This document shows, one piece after another, positions 27,146-39,651 of a stretch of DNA of 64,000 nucleotides. The stretch comes from Lama glama. Lineage: Eukaryota. Made by a program: the position numbers and the translations under genes. The notes beneath the pieces are model-generated. The model saw only the letters and a list, made by a program, of their open reading frames with translations. It searched no databases and was not told the DNA's origin. The stretch covers positions 23,128,001 to 23,192,000 of the forward strand of contig CM052816.1 in assembly GCA_028534125.1 (NCBI GenBank), written 5' to 3'. Each line of letters opens with the position of its first letter. Position 1 is the first letter of the stretch.

Positions 27146-27953
27146 CTTTAATGTAGACATCGTCGTCGGCGCGCATGAACCACTCATACTTGTCCAGGTA
27201 GTGGTCGTGCATGTACTTGATCATCATGAAGGACTTTTTCTGGGGAGGGTAGGAGTCGTCCACCCCAGGTAGCGCGATGACAGGCAGGGGTGGCGGGGGC
27301 TGGCCAAGCCCGGCGTTGGGGGGCTGCTGGCTGGAAAAGAACTCCACGCGGCCGGGGATGAAGCGCGCCCAGGTCCGCTGCGCCGCCAGCGCGCGGCTGC
27401 CCAGGTACTTCTGCGCGGTCATCACCCCCACGTATAGAAAATCCCGGGGTCGGGAGCTCGGGGCGGCGGCACCTCCGTCCCCGCTGCCGTTGTGGCTACT
27501 CCCCGGCCGGCCACCTCTCCGCTGCCCAGCCGCGCCCCCGTCCTCCTCCTCGGGTTCCCCTTCGGTTCCCGGGGCTCCGGGGAGCCCCGTCGCGCCTTCG
27601 GGCTCGCGTCCTCGCCGCCGCTGCTGCAGCGGAGGTGGTTGCTGCCAGGGGCTGCTCCGAAAACTGGTTACTCCGGGCGCTGCTTCAGGCAGCTGCGGCC
27701 CCTGGAGCTCCTGGCGCGCGGGGGGCGGCGACTGCTTCGGCCACGGCCGGGCATGAGGCTGGGGGAGCGGCTGCTGCGCGCCGGCGCCGGGGCCAGCGGC
27801 CGAGCGGCCGTAGTAGGAGCAGAGGCTGGAGCCGCGTCTCTTCCTCTCGCTCAGCTCGGCCACTCTGGGGGCGATGAGCCAGGACGCCGCGGTGAAGCCC
27901 AGCACCAGCCCCAGTGCCACGCTCATCCACGGGCGGCGGGAGCGCACGGCCAT
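27146..27953 (-). CDS. CHSY3: Chondroitin sulfate synthase 3, coding exon 1 (808 nt, ends in phase 1)
   Basis: ATG at 27953 in strong Kozak context (gcgATGg). Translation MAVRSRRPWMSVALGLVLGFTAASWLIAP (type II signal-anchor), Pro/Gly-rich stem, then FLYVGVMTAQKYL...DDSYPPQKKSF...YEWFMRADDDVYIK (DxD motif of the CHSY beta-1,3-glycosyltransferase-like domain). Donor AAG|GTGACC at 27146/27145. Confidence 0.97.
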
Positions 27954-28203
27954 CGCGTCTGCCCCGGGCGCGGACGCTGGCTGACTGGCTGCGGCGCGGC
28001 GCGCAGGGTCTCCCGGCTCACACCCGCCCCTCCTCCGCCTCAACGCCCCCAGCCCCGGCCGCTGCCCGCCGCCGAGGCGCCGACGCGGGCTCGGGGTCAG
28101 AGCGCTCCGGACGCCCAGCCCGCTGCGCGCTGCAGCTGCCGGCCGCGCTCCCCGCTCCGCTCTGGGTCGGGGCTCCGAACGAGGGTCGGGAGTGAAACTT
28201 CTC

Positions 28204-28274
28204 CCGGCGGTGGTGGCGGCGGCGGCAGCGAGAGGAGCTGCAGGAGGAGGAGGAGGTGGAGCGGCGGCGGAGGC
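28204..28274. repeat. Imperfect (GGC)n/(GGA)n trinucleotide tract in the CHSY3 5' leader or proximal promoter
   Basis: ggcggtggtggcggcggcggcagcg...ggaggaggaggaggtggagcggcggcggaggc. Confidence 0.8.
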
Positions 28275-29950
28275 AACGCGTCCGCTCCTAGGCTGCCACC
28301 CTGTCACTGGCGCGCCTGGTCCCTCCCTCCTCCCTCCTTCCCGAGCCCCCGCCCTCGCTCCCCCCGCCGCCGAGCTCCGGCCCGGCCCGGAGGAGGAGCC
28401 ACGAGCACCACCGCTGCCAGCCTGAGGGGAGCGCGGGCCGCGGTATTTCCCCGTTACCCGCCCTTGGACGCCCCCCGTCCGCGCCTCGGTCCAGAGCCGG
28501 CCTCCTCTCCGGAAGGAAACGATCCCTGTCGGGCCGCCTCCGGCTTCCAGCGCCGACGCCCCCTCGTCCCTCCCCCCGCCCCCCCCCCGGCCCTCGCTCT
28601 CCGTCCCATTTCCCGTCCCGTCCCGCCCCTCCGCCAGCCTCGCTACACCCGCGTCTGGGGGCTCCTCTGCCCTCCTCCCGGCGCGTCGGCTCCACTGACC
28701 TCATCGGCGGAGCTCGGGTTCCAGAGCCCCCGGCGAGCGCCCGCTTCTCCCTCCCGGCTCGCCTCCCCCGGCCCACAGCCCGTTACGTCCCGACGTGACC
28801 CTTCCCCATTCTGCCCCGCCCAGGCCCGCCCAGGCTCCTCTCCGCGCTTTCCGTCCTTTTCGCGTTTCTCTCGGGGTGCTATTCCGCGTCCCTTCCCTCC
28901 ACTCCTTGTTCCGCTCACTGCTCAGGAAACTGTCTCCGCCCAGTCTTCCCAACTCCCCGGTCCCTACCTGCATCCTTCACCACTACTCCCCAGTCATACA
29001 CAGAAGCACCACTGTCACTCGGTGTCTCTCCTAAGAAAATCTAAGAGGGATTAGAAATACCTCGCCTGAAAGGCTAGGGGAGGTCACGGTGAGTGGGGGC
29101 GCAATCCCCAAAGAGAGGAAGAATTCCAGGTTCCCCACCTGTTGACTGGGACTTGTGGGGCTGCCCAGTAGTCCTTCTCAGCTCTCCATTGGTCTCTTGT
29201 CTGGACGTGAGAACCACGAAACAGCTATTTCAGAGAGGGCCAATACCCGGAAGAGTCAAACTAGGAAAATTCTTATCCCTCCAAAATAATTGAACTTAAC
29301 CAGAAAACATAATTTTTGTTCTTGTCCATAAAGCATTTTCTTTTCTAAGGCAACGGCAGGAAATGCGTTACCTCTCCAATTAGGGAAAAAAGATCTCCAG
29401 CAACAGAATCTCAAAAAAAGGTTAAATTGTATTGGCCAAAATCATTCAAAGTTACATTATGAAGAGATTACCTGAAGATATGTGACATTCTGAAGAAGGG
29501 AACAGTTTAAAACTTTCCCTCTAGAAGTCATGAATCTAACTACAGTCTGAGGTGCATTTGGCATCTAGAGCCCTTTCCTTTTATTCAAATTTCAGTCTTC
29601 TGTTTTGTACATCAAACGCAAAGAGATGGTATTGAATGGCATTAGACATAGGGCTCCATCCAGCAAGGTGCTGGCAGCGTCCCTGGAACAGTAGGTCTGC
29701 CTGGAGCCTTTGGAGGGGTGGTTCTTTCCACACCAGTCACTGGCTGTGCATGAGCACATCTGACTAAGTGTTTCATCTGCTGGACAATGAAGCTCCTTTT
29801 CCATGTCTACGTCTTGCCCGGAAACACTTGGGAATACAGGTTATTGGACTCTTAAAGTTTAATTTTAGTTAGAAGACAAAACTAATCAAACAACAACCTC
29901 CTTCTGATTTAAAAATACATCTTCCCAAGGACATTTTAAAGTTTCTAGAC

Positions 29951-30158
29951 TAGTGCTGTTCAATAGAACTCTCCCTATACTGGAAATTTTCTTTATCTGT
30001 GCTGTCCAGTAAGGCAGCCACAAGCCACATATGGTTACTGTGCACTTGAAATGTGGCTAATATGACTGATGAAATGAATATTCAATTTTACTTAATTTTA
30101 ATTAATTTTTACTTAATTAGCCCCCATTGCCTAGGAGTTTGCCAAGTTGGACAGCACG
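29951..30158 (+). mobile_element. MER3-like hAT-Charlie DNA transposon
   Basis: tagtgctgttcaatagaact...tgtgctgtccag...agccacatatggttactgtgcacttgaaatgtggcta...ttggacagcac, with inverted termini. Confidence 0.85.
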
Positions 30159-30377
30159 TTTCCAGAGAAAATTCATAACTTACAGTCCCATTACCTATGG
30201 CCAATTGTAAAGAACAAATAGTCCACCTACACAGCAGCGAACTCTCACCTACAATATTCAGCTGGGCATCATGCTCAGGCGCAATTCATGTTGTTGATCT
30301 ACAAAACCATTAATTCTCACCAGGCACAAATAACCTTCTCATCAACAGTTATAATATTTTGGAATAAAGTTAATGTC

Positions 30378-30625
30378 ATTCATTCATTTATTCAACAAAT
30401 ACGTGAAAGAGATTAAGCATTAGACAAGGTGGAAGGCTCTGGACATGGAAATGTCAACAAGGTATTTACTGCGACCTATCTGAAGTTTATAGTACAGTGA
30501 AGAAGACAGACGTTAAATACCACACTCCAAAATGAATTACCATGGTGACAAATGATACGAAGTGAAAATGTAGGGTACTCTGAGAGAGTATTTGGAAGAG
30601 CATCTAATTTAGTCTAGGAGACAGA
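30378..30625 (-). mobile_element. LINE-2 3' end
   Basis: cattcattcatttattcaacaaata... (reverse-complement L2 tail). Confidence 0.6.
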
Positions 30626-30674
30626 GAACGAAATAAAATGAAATAAAATGAAAAGTATTGAAATGATGTTCATA

Positions 30675-30820
30675 CTGGCTAAGTGACCTTGGGAAAGTTA
30701 TTTAAATTATCTGAGCTTTAGATATCTCATTGATAAGTACATTTCTCTGAGGCTTTATTAAGCTATGTAAGTGCTAAATACAATATCTAGTTCATTGTAG
30801 ACACTCAGGAAATGTTAGTT
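30675..30820 (+). mobile_element. MIR fragment
   Basis: ggctaagtgaccttgggaaagttatttaaattatctgagc...gtagacactcaggaaatgttag. Confidence 0.65.
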
Positions 30821-31485
30821 CTCACTTTCTAACCCTTCCTTCACGATAAAAATCTCTTTGATATCACCTTATTTATTTTTTAATGATATTTCGTATTTTT
30901 ATTTAACAAGTATTTATTTAGTATCTACCATAAGCTAGGCACTATTCTAGAGCAATAATAAACAGAGTCCTTGACTTCGTGAGGGTTATATTCACACACA
31001 CGTGCACCTACGTGTATTACGCCAGGTGATAAGTATTTTGAAGAAACAGAGATAGTGCATAGGTACATGTGTCAGGTGAGGTCATTTTAAAAAAATTCAA
31101 CCTGATGTTCCACTTCTTTGTTAGATTCCCAGGCTCTCTGCGCAAAACAGGGACCTTAGAAACAACAGCCTCCTACTAAGCGCGGAGAGCATAGTTCTGT
31201 AAATTTGTCTCCATCCATCCCTGTTAATCCCGGACTATTTAAACTGCCTCGTCCCAGGTGAGGCCATTTTAAACTGATTGGCCAGAGAAGTTTTTTCTGA
31301 TAAGTTTAGCAGAGAACCGAAGAAAGTGAGGAAACTAAGCATAAGGATATCTAAGAGAAGAGATTCCAAGAAAGAGGAATAGTCAACATGAAGACTTGAG
31401 ATAAATGTGGTATTTTGAGGATTAGCAAAGAGACTACTATGGATTGAAAATGGAACGAAGCAGGTGACTCGCTGATCACTGAAGC

Positions 31486-31805
31486 CAGCGCTGCTCCCTA
31501 GAGTTACAACGTGAGCCACAAATGCAAGACGTGAGATTTAAATTTTCTTGTAGCCACATTTTTTAAAGGGTAAAATTATTTTTAATAATACATTTCATTC
31601 AACTTAATATAGTCAAAATATTACCATGGCAACAGGTAATCAATATAAAATTATTATTGAGAAAATTTACATTATTGTTATCAGTAGTAAGTTTTCCAAA
31701 TCCATTATGTATTTTATACTTACAGCACATCTCAGTTCAAACTAGCTACCTTTCAGATGTTCAATAGATACATGGAACTAGTGTCCACCATATGGGGCAG
31801 TGTAT
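31486..31805 (+). mobile_element. MER33-like hAT-Charlie DNA transposon inserted in an L2 remnant
   Basis: cagcgctg...gtgagccaca...aaattttcttgtagccacatt...tatacttacagcacatctcagttc...ccaccatatggggcagtg. Confidence 0.75.
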
Positions 31806-31985
31806 ATTCTGAGCCTTGGAGACTTATGGAAAGAATTTCTTTCATTCTGAGTAACCATGAGGGTATTGAATGGAGTGGTGCTATAGTTTTTATTTATGTT
31901 TTATGAGGACCACCGTAGCTCCTATGGCAAGAAAAAATTAGAGTGGAACAAAAGTAGAATGAGGGAAAGCATTTAAGACATTATT

Positions 31986-32444
31986 GAGATGGACCTAGAG
32001 ATTATCATACTAAATGAAATAAGTCAGAAAAAGAAAGAGAAAAACAAATACTATATGATGTCACTTGTATGTGGAATCTAAAATGTGACACAAATGAACT
32101 TACTTACAAAACAGAAACAGACTCACAGACGTAGAAAACAAACTTATGGTTACCAAAGGGGAAAGGGGTCTGGGAGGGATAAATTAGGTGTCTGAGATTA
32201 ACAGATACAAACTACTAATATAAAATAGATAAACAGCAAGTTCTCACTGAATAGCACAGGAAACTGTATTAAATATCCTATAATAAACTGTAGTGGAAAA
32301 GACTATGAAAATGAATATGGATATATATATATATATACACACATACATATATATATACACATATATAACTGAATCACTTTGCTGTACACCAGAAACTAAC
32401 ACAACAGTGTAAATCAACTGTATTTCAATTAAAAATTTAAAAAG
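31986..32444 (+). mobile_element. 5'-truncated LINE-1 (3' end) with a 10-bp TSD
   Basis: gatggacctagagattatcatactaaatgaaataagtcag...gtggaatctaa...aatcactttgctgtacaccagaaactaac. TSD AGACATTATT at 31976-31985 and 32445-32454. Confidence 0.92.
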
Positions 32445-33914
32445 AGACATTATTAAAATCACCTCATCACTTTGGAATAGAAGAAGAAAAATATCTTTTT
32501 CATCTTTCCACACACTGTCTGCACCTCTTCTTCATTTGTAATAAGTAGAAGCACTGGGAAAAGTTTTTATATGAGTTTAATTTCGTATTTGTTGAGATTC
32601 CTCTAGCTATTTATTTGTTATTTCCCAAAGTCAGTGAAGTAATTTTCAAGTACATACTTTAATTTTGAAGATACATGATTTTTAGGGTAGATAATTTTCT
32701 GGGGAATCTCCACTAAGGACTAAGTTTTTTATTAAAACAAAGAATAAAGTAATATGTTCTAAGAAGAATTTAAGAAAAAAACTTATTTGGATAAGAGGTG
32801 TCTTCAGGGAAAAATTTGTATAGAAACTCACTATCACTGAAGAAAAATAAACGTAATATATGCATATTAAAATAAGCCTGATCTGCATATTATATTGGAA
32901 GAGAGAATATAGAAATGCAGGTAATGTTCAAAATTCCTGGCTAAAAATGTCTCATAGGATTGCTGTTCTGATCCAAACAAGAATATGTCAATGTTTATTC
33001 TTGTGAACCACCTGGTAAAATCACTATGAAGCACCTCAATAGTAGATTTTGAGAAAAACAATAACAGTAAAAATTTCATAAATTATAATAGCTTCCAGAA
33101 ACAAATGCAGAACTGATTCCCTGTCTTCTCCAAATCCTTGAACAATTTCAAGCATGCTCATATTTGGACTATTGTAATACATGAGGCCTTTGCCTCCTTG
33201 TCTGAGCTGAAGTTACTAGAACATAAGGGATCATCTGGATTCACATTGAAACAGAGCTCTCACAGGGGTTATGTCCCTGACTTTGGAATGACATTAATGT
33301 CAAACACCCTGAAACAAAGTCTGGTACATTTAGAGAGAGCCCTTCAGCACACTGCTCTGAAGGTACTACACTGAGTGTTTAACTGATTGGAAAGAATGAG
33401 CAAGAACTTTAAAATCACAGAAAAAGTTACAAATGAGTCTAAAAGGGAGATATCGTAGTTGACCAGTTATGCAAGTTAAAGGTAAATATTTAAATATATG
33501 GTTCAACCTATGCTTCTGTTACAAAATGTAAGCAAAGACCCCTTGATTTAGTATTTTCTGTAATATTTAGAATGTTATCATTTTTTCTTGACAGATCAAG
33601 ACTGAGTTGATTTCATTTGCGTGAAGCAACTGTGGCATCTAGTGGTTAATAATCATAATGTAATTCACTTTGTTTTTAAGGGATAGATTATGTTATAAAA
33701 TATTTTTGACATTGCCAAGGAAGATTATAATCATAGAAGCATAATCAGATAACCATTTAATTATACTTTAATTTCCTCAGAAATCAGTACGAGGGGATGA
33801 TAGAAGTTCATACAAGGAAATGTGAAAAGTAATTATTTACAGTACATTATAAGACTATGTAAGTTTTAAAGGCTAACACTAATCTGCATTTAGCTAATCA
33901 GCTTGAAAATGTTA

Positions 33915-34210
33915 TCTTTTTTTACACTGACAATATTTGATGCTACTAAGGAATTATTAATTCCTTTTTAGGTACGATAATTATATTGTGGCCATGTTTT
34001 TTCAAAAGTTCTTATTTTTCAGAAATACATACTGAAATGTTTATAGAGGAACTGGTATGATGTCTGGAGTTCAAGTAATATGGGGCTGAGGGTGATGCTA
34101 GGTGACTAGCAGTGCTGGGGGTGCAGGGGAATTGAATGACAAAGGATTGATGACTTTTGGGGCTGGGTGATTACCTCTGAGGAGATTTGACATTCTCTCT
34201 AATAAAAAAT
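33915..34210 (+). mobile_element. Old L1 (L1MC/L1ME-like) 3' fragment
   Basis: aggaattattaatt...gataattatattgtgg...gaaatacatactgaaatgttta...tatgatgtctgga. Confidence 0.55.
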
Positions 34211-36904
34211 TTTAAATATTTTATTTGTTTAAGATCAGCACACATTCTTTATTTCCCAAAGATTTATCTGACTAAGAGATAGTCCACTTGTCCAAACCAT
34301 CAATGCACTTTGAGAAGATAATGAAGCTACTGCTGTCACTTAGGAAAGGGTCAAGAGGTGACCATATCAGAATGAAAACTTTCATACCTTCCTAACCCAC
34401 TAGGTTCCAATGACAGTCTCTTAGACATAAGCAAAACAATCAAGCTTTTGCAAATAAAGAAGCACTATTTATGATGGAAGAATTTTTTTCTTTTTAAGAC
34501 GTAATTGTCTATGATTAGGCAGTGAGCTTTGAAATCTTCAGAGAGCTCCTAATCACCAATCTGAATTTATTCTAAAAAGGTTTTTTTATTTTTATTCTCT
34601 CCTCTCACCACTCTCCTAAAGTATTAATCAACTCCAATTTAATATTTTCTGTCTTAGAAAAGTTAAAATGCACATGTCACCTTCCTCCCTGTGTCTTTAA
34701 TTTTCAATCCCTCTTACTTGGTCTCTTTTCCTATCGTACAGATCATTGCTGTTGGAAAGAAATACAATATGATCACACAAGTAATTTTATGTATTAAATG
34801 TAAATTTCCATATGTAATGAAAATCTGTAAACTATATATTCCTGGTAGCCATATTTTAAAAAGTAAAAACAGGTGAAATTAATCTTCAATTTTTTTTATT
34901 TTACCTAATATATCTAGTTCTGACTATTAAGTCTTAAAGCTCACTTTTTGAAAATTAAAGACAAATAGATTTTAGAGCATTTACAGGATTTATTGTGCTA
35001 CTTTCTTAAGTATCAATATACAAATATTGTGCATCTGATCCACACAAATGTGATACATATATGTGATATATGTATGCATATGTATATATATATTGCAGAT
35101 ATATAAATGCCACACTATCATTATAGAATAAGCATAAAAGGAGAGATTAGGGAGTCTTTTCTCTTATCCCTATTTTTATTAAATTTCAGGATATTTTATA
35201 AGATGCAAGAGAAGTTAGGCATCACATCTCTCAGCCCATTGTCACTGCATGTTGAGTAAGTGAAGCAGGTATAGTTTTTAATTCATTTTAAGGCTGCTGC
35301 ATCCAGCAGTGGATTTATTTAAGTTCACAGTCAGTTAATTAATAACACACACCTTTCAAGTCTTGAAAGTCAGATTTGATGGATTTCAATAAAATAGCAG
35401 CATGGGAGGGCAGAGCTTTTATTTTCTGCCGTTCCTCACAATTTTTGTTTGTTTTGGAAAACATACTTATGTTCCTAAAAGATCTTATTTAGTCATCTTA
35501 ATATATAATAGGTTTGTTATTTGTATCTGAGTTAAAATTTAAAATTTTTTTCTAGTTTTTAATTTCTCATACAATAAATATTTGGGGTCCTAATTAAATT
35601 TTAAGAGTATAAAGAGGTCTCAAGAACTAAACATTTGAGAACACTGGTCTAAGGAAATTCTTTCATTTATCTTTTTCTTCTCCTGACAATAGCACAAATA
35701 TTTCAAAGAGGAATAATTCAGAATGCCTTACCCCTGATGGAATAATGACTCTAATAGTTTGCAATGACATGAGAGTGTGTGTGAATTTACATTTTTGAAG
35801 CTTTGACATGTTTATAAGTATATTATTGCCTCAATGGCTTTCAATTCACACCTATTGCATTCTAGGAATCCAGTAGCTTTTTTTTTTTTTGGTACATGTA
35901 TTGTTACCAGAAGGGAATGGCAGGAGTAAATCTTCTGAGACAGGGTTCAAATCATTCACTCACTTCTGATTCTAATTTTTATCTAGTAACAAATTAGTAT
36001 TGTTAACAAATTTTGGAGTATACTTTTCATTTCTACAAAAACAAACAGCAGGACAATGAATTATTCTAAGGCTCTAACCATTTTGTAATATTGGGCCAAA
36101 GAAAGGATGTCTCAATAAGTTAACCCTAGAGTTGAAGAGTCCTACCATTTCGTGAAGAAGGAAGAAGATAACATTGCCACACCAGTATAGCTGAAGGTAG
36201 AATTACTTGTCTTTTGAAGCCAGTTGGAGCTCTAGGAATAGACAGAAAGTGAAATCCAAATAAAATCATGTGAATTAATTGAAAAAGGTAAACTGGCTCT
36301 CATAAATGAAGTAAGTGACCATCATTTGGAAATTGCTATAAGAATATTGTTCAAGATGCAAAATGAGTTTGTGTGTTGGAGGCGGGGCAGTGGGTGATGA
36401 CACTTTCCCTCACTGGGCCCCTGTGGCCTTAGCTCTGAATCTTCGCTGGGCCGAAAGAGGACGAGAGGAAGAGACTTAAGGATAAGGACAAATGCTAGCC
36501 TCACAGCTAAGTGATTTCTCAGCAGTGCTTTCTGCTTTCATCTTCTAACTGGGCACAAAAAGATTCAAAAGGAGGCATGGTTGAGGCACACCCAAGGAAT
36601 AAGCGAGGGGTGGAGCACTGCATTTTTAAGACCTTTGGTAGCCTTATGCTTACCACACCCTCCATGCTCCGCCACACTTTTTTTTTTTTTCCAGACAGCA
36701 CTTCCCATGTCTACCTTTACAGAAAGCAGAACAGGAATAGCAACAGTCCCGTCTGAACCAGACTAAAACTAAATTTAGGTTTTCGTATTAGCACAGAATT
36801 GGAACTACGGGACATGAGATAGCCATCAGATGAAGCCTCCTTTAGACATGTGGAACCCATCTGGCTATGGTTCCTCATGAGTAATTAAAACTTTGGCACC
36901 TAGG

Positions 36905-37087
36905 TCAGTGTTTCTCAAAATGGGATTCTGCGTACTCCTATGTAGGTATTTCCTAATGTTTTAATGTGTATAATTATTACTAGTAAATCTGGAGTTTTTC
37001 TGAATTAGAATCCCTGAGGGTAGAAGAATCCATTTACAAGACATTTGAGCAATTCTTAAACATACTGAAGTGTGCAACCTGCTGTTC
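36905..37087. mobile_element. MER5-like DNA transposon
   Basis: cagtgtttctcaaa...tgaattagaatccctgagggt...aattcttaaacatactgaagtgtgcaacctgctg. Confidence 0.55.
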
Positions 37088-37299
37088 TAATTCTCCTTAA
37101 TAATTGGGATAATTCGAAGTCCTAAAAACATCTGCTAAATAAAAAAATTAACACACAAAAGAACTATTACATCCTCCTACTGACATTTACCATCCTCAAA
37201 AAGCGTGGATAGCTAGCTCAAGCTCTAGGTTTTCCAGCCCCAAATGATAGAAGAATCCTTATTCCCTTGCTGTTTGCAGATTGAATGTATATACACTTC

Positions 37300-37780
37300 T
37301 CTATATTTCAGTTGGGTTCCCCAAGAAGTAGACTCAAGAAGAACTGGGGATCAAATAGTTTATTTGAAAGTAATTCCAGGGAATATCAGAAGGAGAGTGG
37401 AGAAGTGAAAAAAAAAAAAAAGGAAGGGAAGGACAGAATTCAATAAAGGGGGAATTCTGAAGTCAGTTACCACTGTAGACAGCTGGAGTTAATTTCACTT
37501 GGGAAACTCTCATAGTCAATGTTGACCATGGCCTCAGATGTGTCCCATCGGAAGAGCAAAGAAGGTGGGTGTATTTTATTCATTAACTTCTGTTAGTCAT
37601 TGATTATGGGCTGCTCCAAAGGGACACTAATTCCCCAGTACTTCCAGCCTGCCCCCCTCCCTGCATGGTCAGAAAAGACCCCTCAGCAAAGATTTTAAAA
37701 GGCTGGTAGTTAGAAGACCACTGGCAGGCACTGACGTGACTAAGGGCAAGGAGATGCGGCCAGAATTCTGGCAACCTCTA
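37300..37780 (-). mobile_element. Old ERVL-class solo LTR (LTR16/LTR33-like)
   Basis: ttcagttgggttccccaagaagtagact...atagtttatttgaaagtaattccagg. Confidence 0.5.
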
Positions 37781-38064
37781 AGTAGTGATATTCACTCCTG
37801 AAGCCAGTCTTTTGGGTATACTACACTCTAATTAGACACAAACCATATGAGTTAATAACCCTTACTATACCAAGTAGTATTTTCAAAGGTGTCTTGCAAA
37901 TTTAGATTTCTTTTCATTGAGCAATGTATCTTAAATAAACAACCTTTTTATGGGGCTATTGGAGTTGCTCATGTTTTCCTGTTACCCTCCCTGTTGAACT
38001 AACAGAATTCTTAATAGGAGCCATTTTACCATGTCTTAGTTTTGAGAATTCCTTTGGCTATTTT

Positions 38065-38880
38065 TAAAAAACATTTTGCTATGAAAAATTTTAAACATAT
38101 ACAAAGTACATAGACTAGAACTCCCTATACCCATTATCCAAATTTAACACTTCTCAACTCATGATCAATTTTGTTTTATCTATATTCTTACCCGCTTAAG
38201 TCCTGCTGGATTATTTTAAAGCAAATCACAGACACTCTCTTTACCCATAAATATTTTATTGTAATCACTTAAAGAGAATTTTTTAAAATGCCAGCAACCT
38301 ATGAAAATGCAGCAATTATTCCTTAATATCAAATATCAAACAATTGTTCAAATTATCAATAGTCATGGCACTTTCATATTTTTTACAATTGTCTCAATTT
38401 CATTTTTGTATTTCGATTTTTTTAATCATCAGCACTATTTCATATGTCTCTCAAGCTTCTTTAATAGTTTCTGCCTCCATCTCCTATTTTCATTGTATTA
38501 GGTTTTAAAAACTGCATAATTTGCCCTGTACGTTGTTTTACAGTCTAGATTTTGCAGATTCCACTGCTGTGGTGTCATTTAACACGTTTCTGTGTCTTCT
38601 GTATGTTCTGTGAATTGGTAAATTGGCATTAAGTTCTAGAGAACTGCCAGATACAAGTTCAAGTTTTCTTTTTGAACAACAGTACTTAATAGCTGATACT
38701 GTGTTTTTTCAGTAGGAGGCACAGAATGTCTGCCTCTTTCTGACGTAGTGTTGATAATGAATTCTCAGATTCATCAATTCATTAGAAGCTGCAAATGGTA
38801 GGTAGTAAGTCTCATCCTATTGCTGTTTCTTCCTTTATTAACTGGAATACTTCTTATGAAAAGTTACCACTAATTTATTT
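38065..38880 (-). mobile_element. Old L1 (L1MC-like) 3' region
   Basis: attttgctatgaaaaattttaaacatatacaaagta...ctggattattttaaagcaaatcacagaca. Confidence 0.6.
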
Positions 38881-39651
38881 AGTGGTACAACCCGCATACT
38901 AATACATAAATTATTCTTTTTTCATCTTTCAATTTTGATGATCCAGAGATTTTAGAACATGGTTGAGCAGTAAAGATACCTATACTCAGTTCCTTAGAAG
39001 GCCTTACTAGGTGAAACTGATTGAAATAATCCAAAAGCAGAACCTTTTTTCTGACCTGAAGTCTCATTTTCTGCTATTTAATCCCTAATCACATCACTAA
39101 TAATTGAATCTACAAATCAGGACATAAAGCTGTGCCCGTGAGAAGAATAAGAGGGTCTATTTTTCTAGTTTTACTTTTTTATTCATTAAGTTGCATTTAT
39201 TGCACCTCTAAAATTGGGAACAGGCTATGAATATAAGGTGGGAAGTTATATATATATTTATTTCCTAGGCATCTTGAATTTCTGGTTTATTATACATAAA
39301 ATTGTATATGAATTATAGGAGAATCTCCTTTGCATTTGAAAAGGGTTTAGTGGGGTCGAATATGAGAAACGCAAAAACCTGCTAAACATGGTTCTTTTAT
39401 GCACTGAGTGTTGAGGTGGTCATTTTCCATGTGGTTTTGGCTTCACCTATGGTTTGGGATCTGCTGATGTTTGTATCTGGGCTTCTTTTATTCTCAAGTT
39501 TTCACTAACAGTCCTGAAATGTGGGCTAGTGGGAGATTTAGAAGGCAGTTCACACTCTTGTCTCAGTTCTACCACATCTGGGAACCTTCCACAGCGAAGT
39601 TAGTTGTGCTACGCATTTCCTCACCTCAAAAAAGAGGGGTACTGGGCTGGC

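Larger units (their letters stand above)
26250..28900. promoter_or_regulatory. CHSY3: CpG island spanning the CHSY3 promoter, 5'UTR, exon 1 and start of intron 1
   Basis: Very GC- and CpG-rich against an AT-rich background. GC boxes (CCGCCC at about 28576 and 28623). No obvious TATA box. The TSS cannot be fixed from sequence. Confidence 0.9.

Noticed and set aside
26976..28307. 443-aa ORF taken as a single-exon protein
   Set aside because: It is the 5' leader, exon 1 and intron read-through. The real CDS starts at 27953 and splices at 27146.
27492..29054. 520-aa plus-strand ORF antisense to CHSY3 exon 1
   Set aside because: Non-AUG start, Pro/Arg/Ala-rich low-complexity translation and no recognisable domain. 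Long ORFs in several frames are expected in a CpG island.
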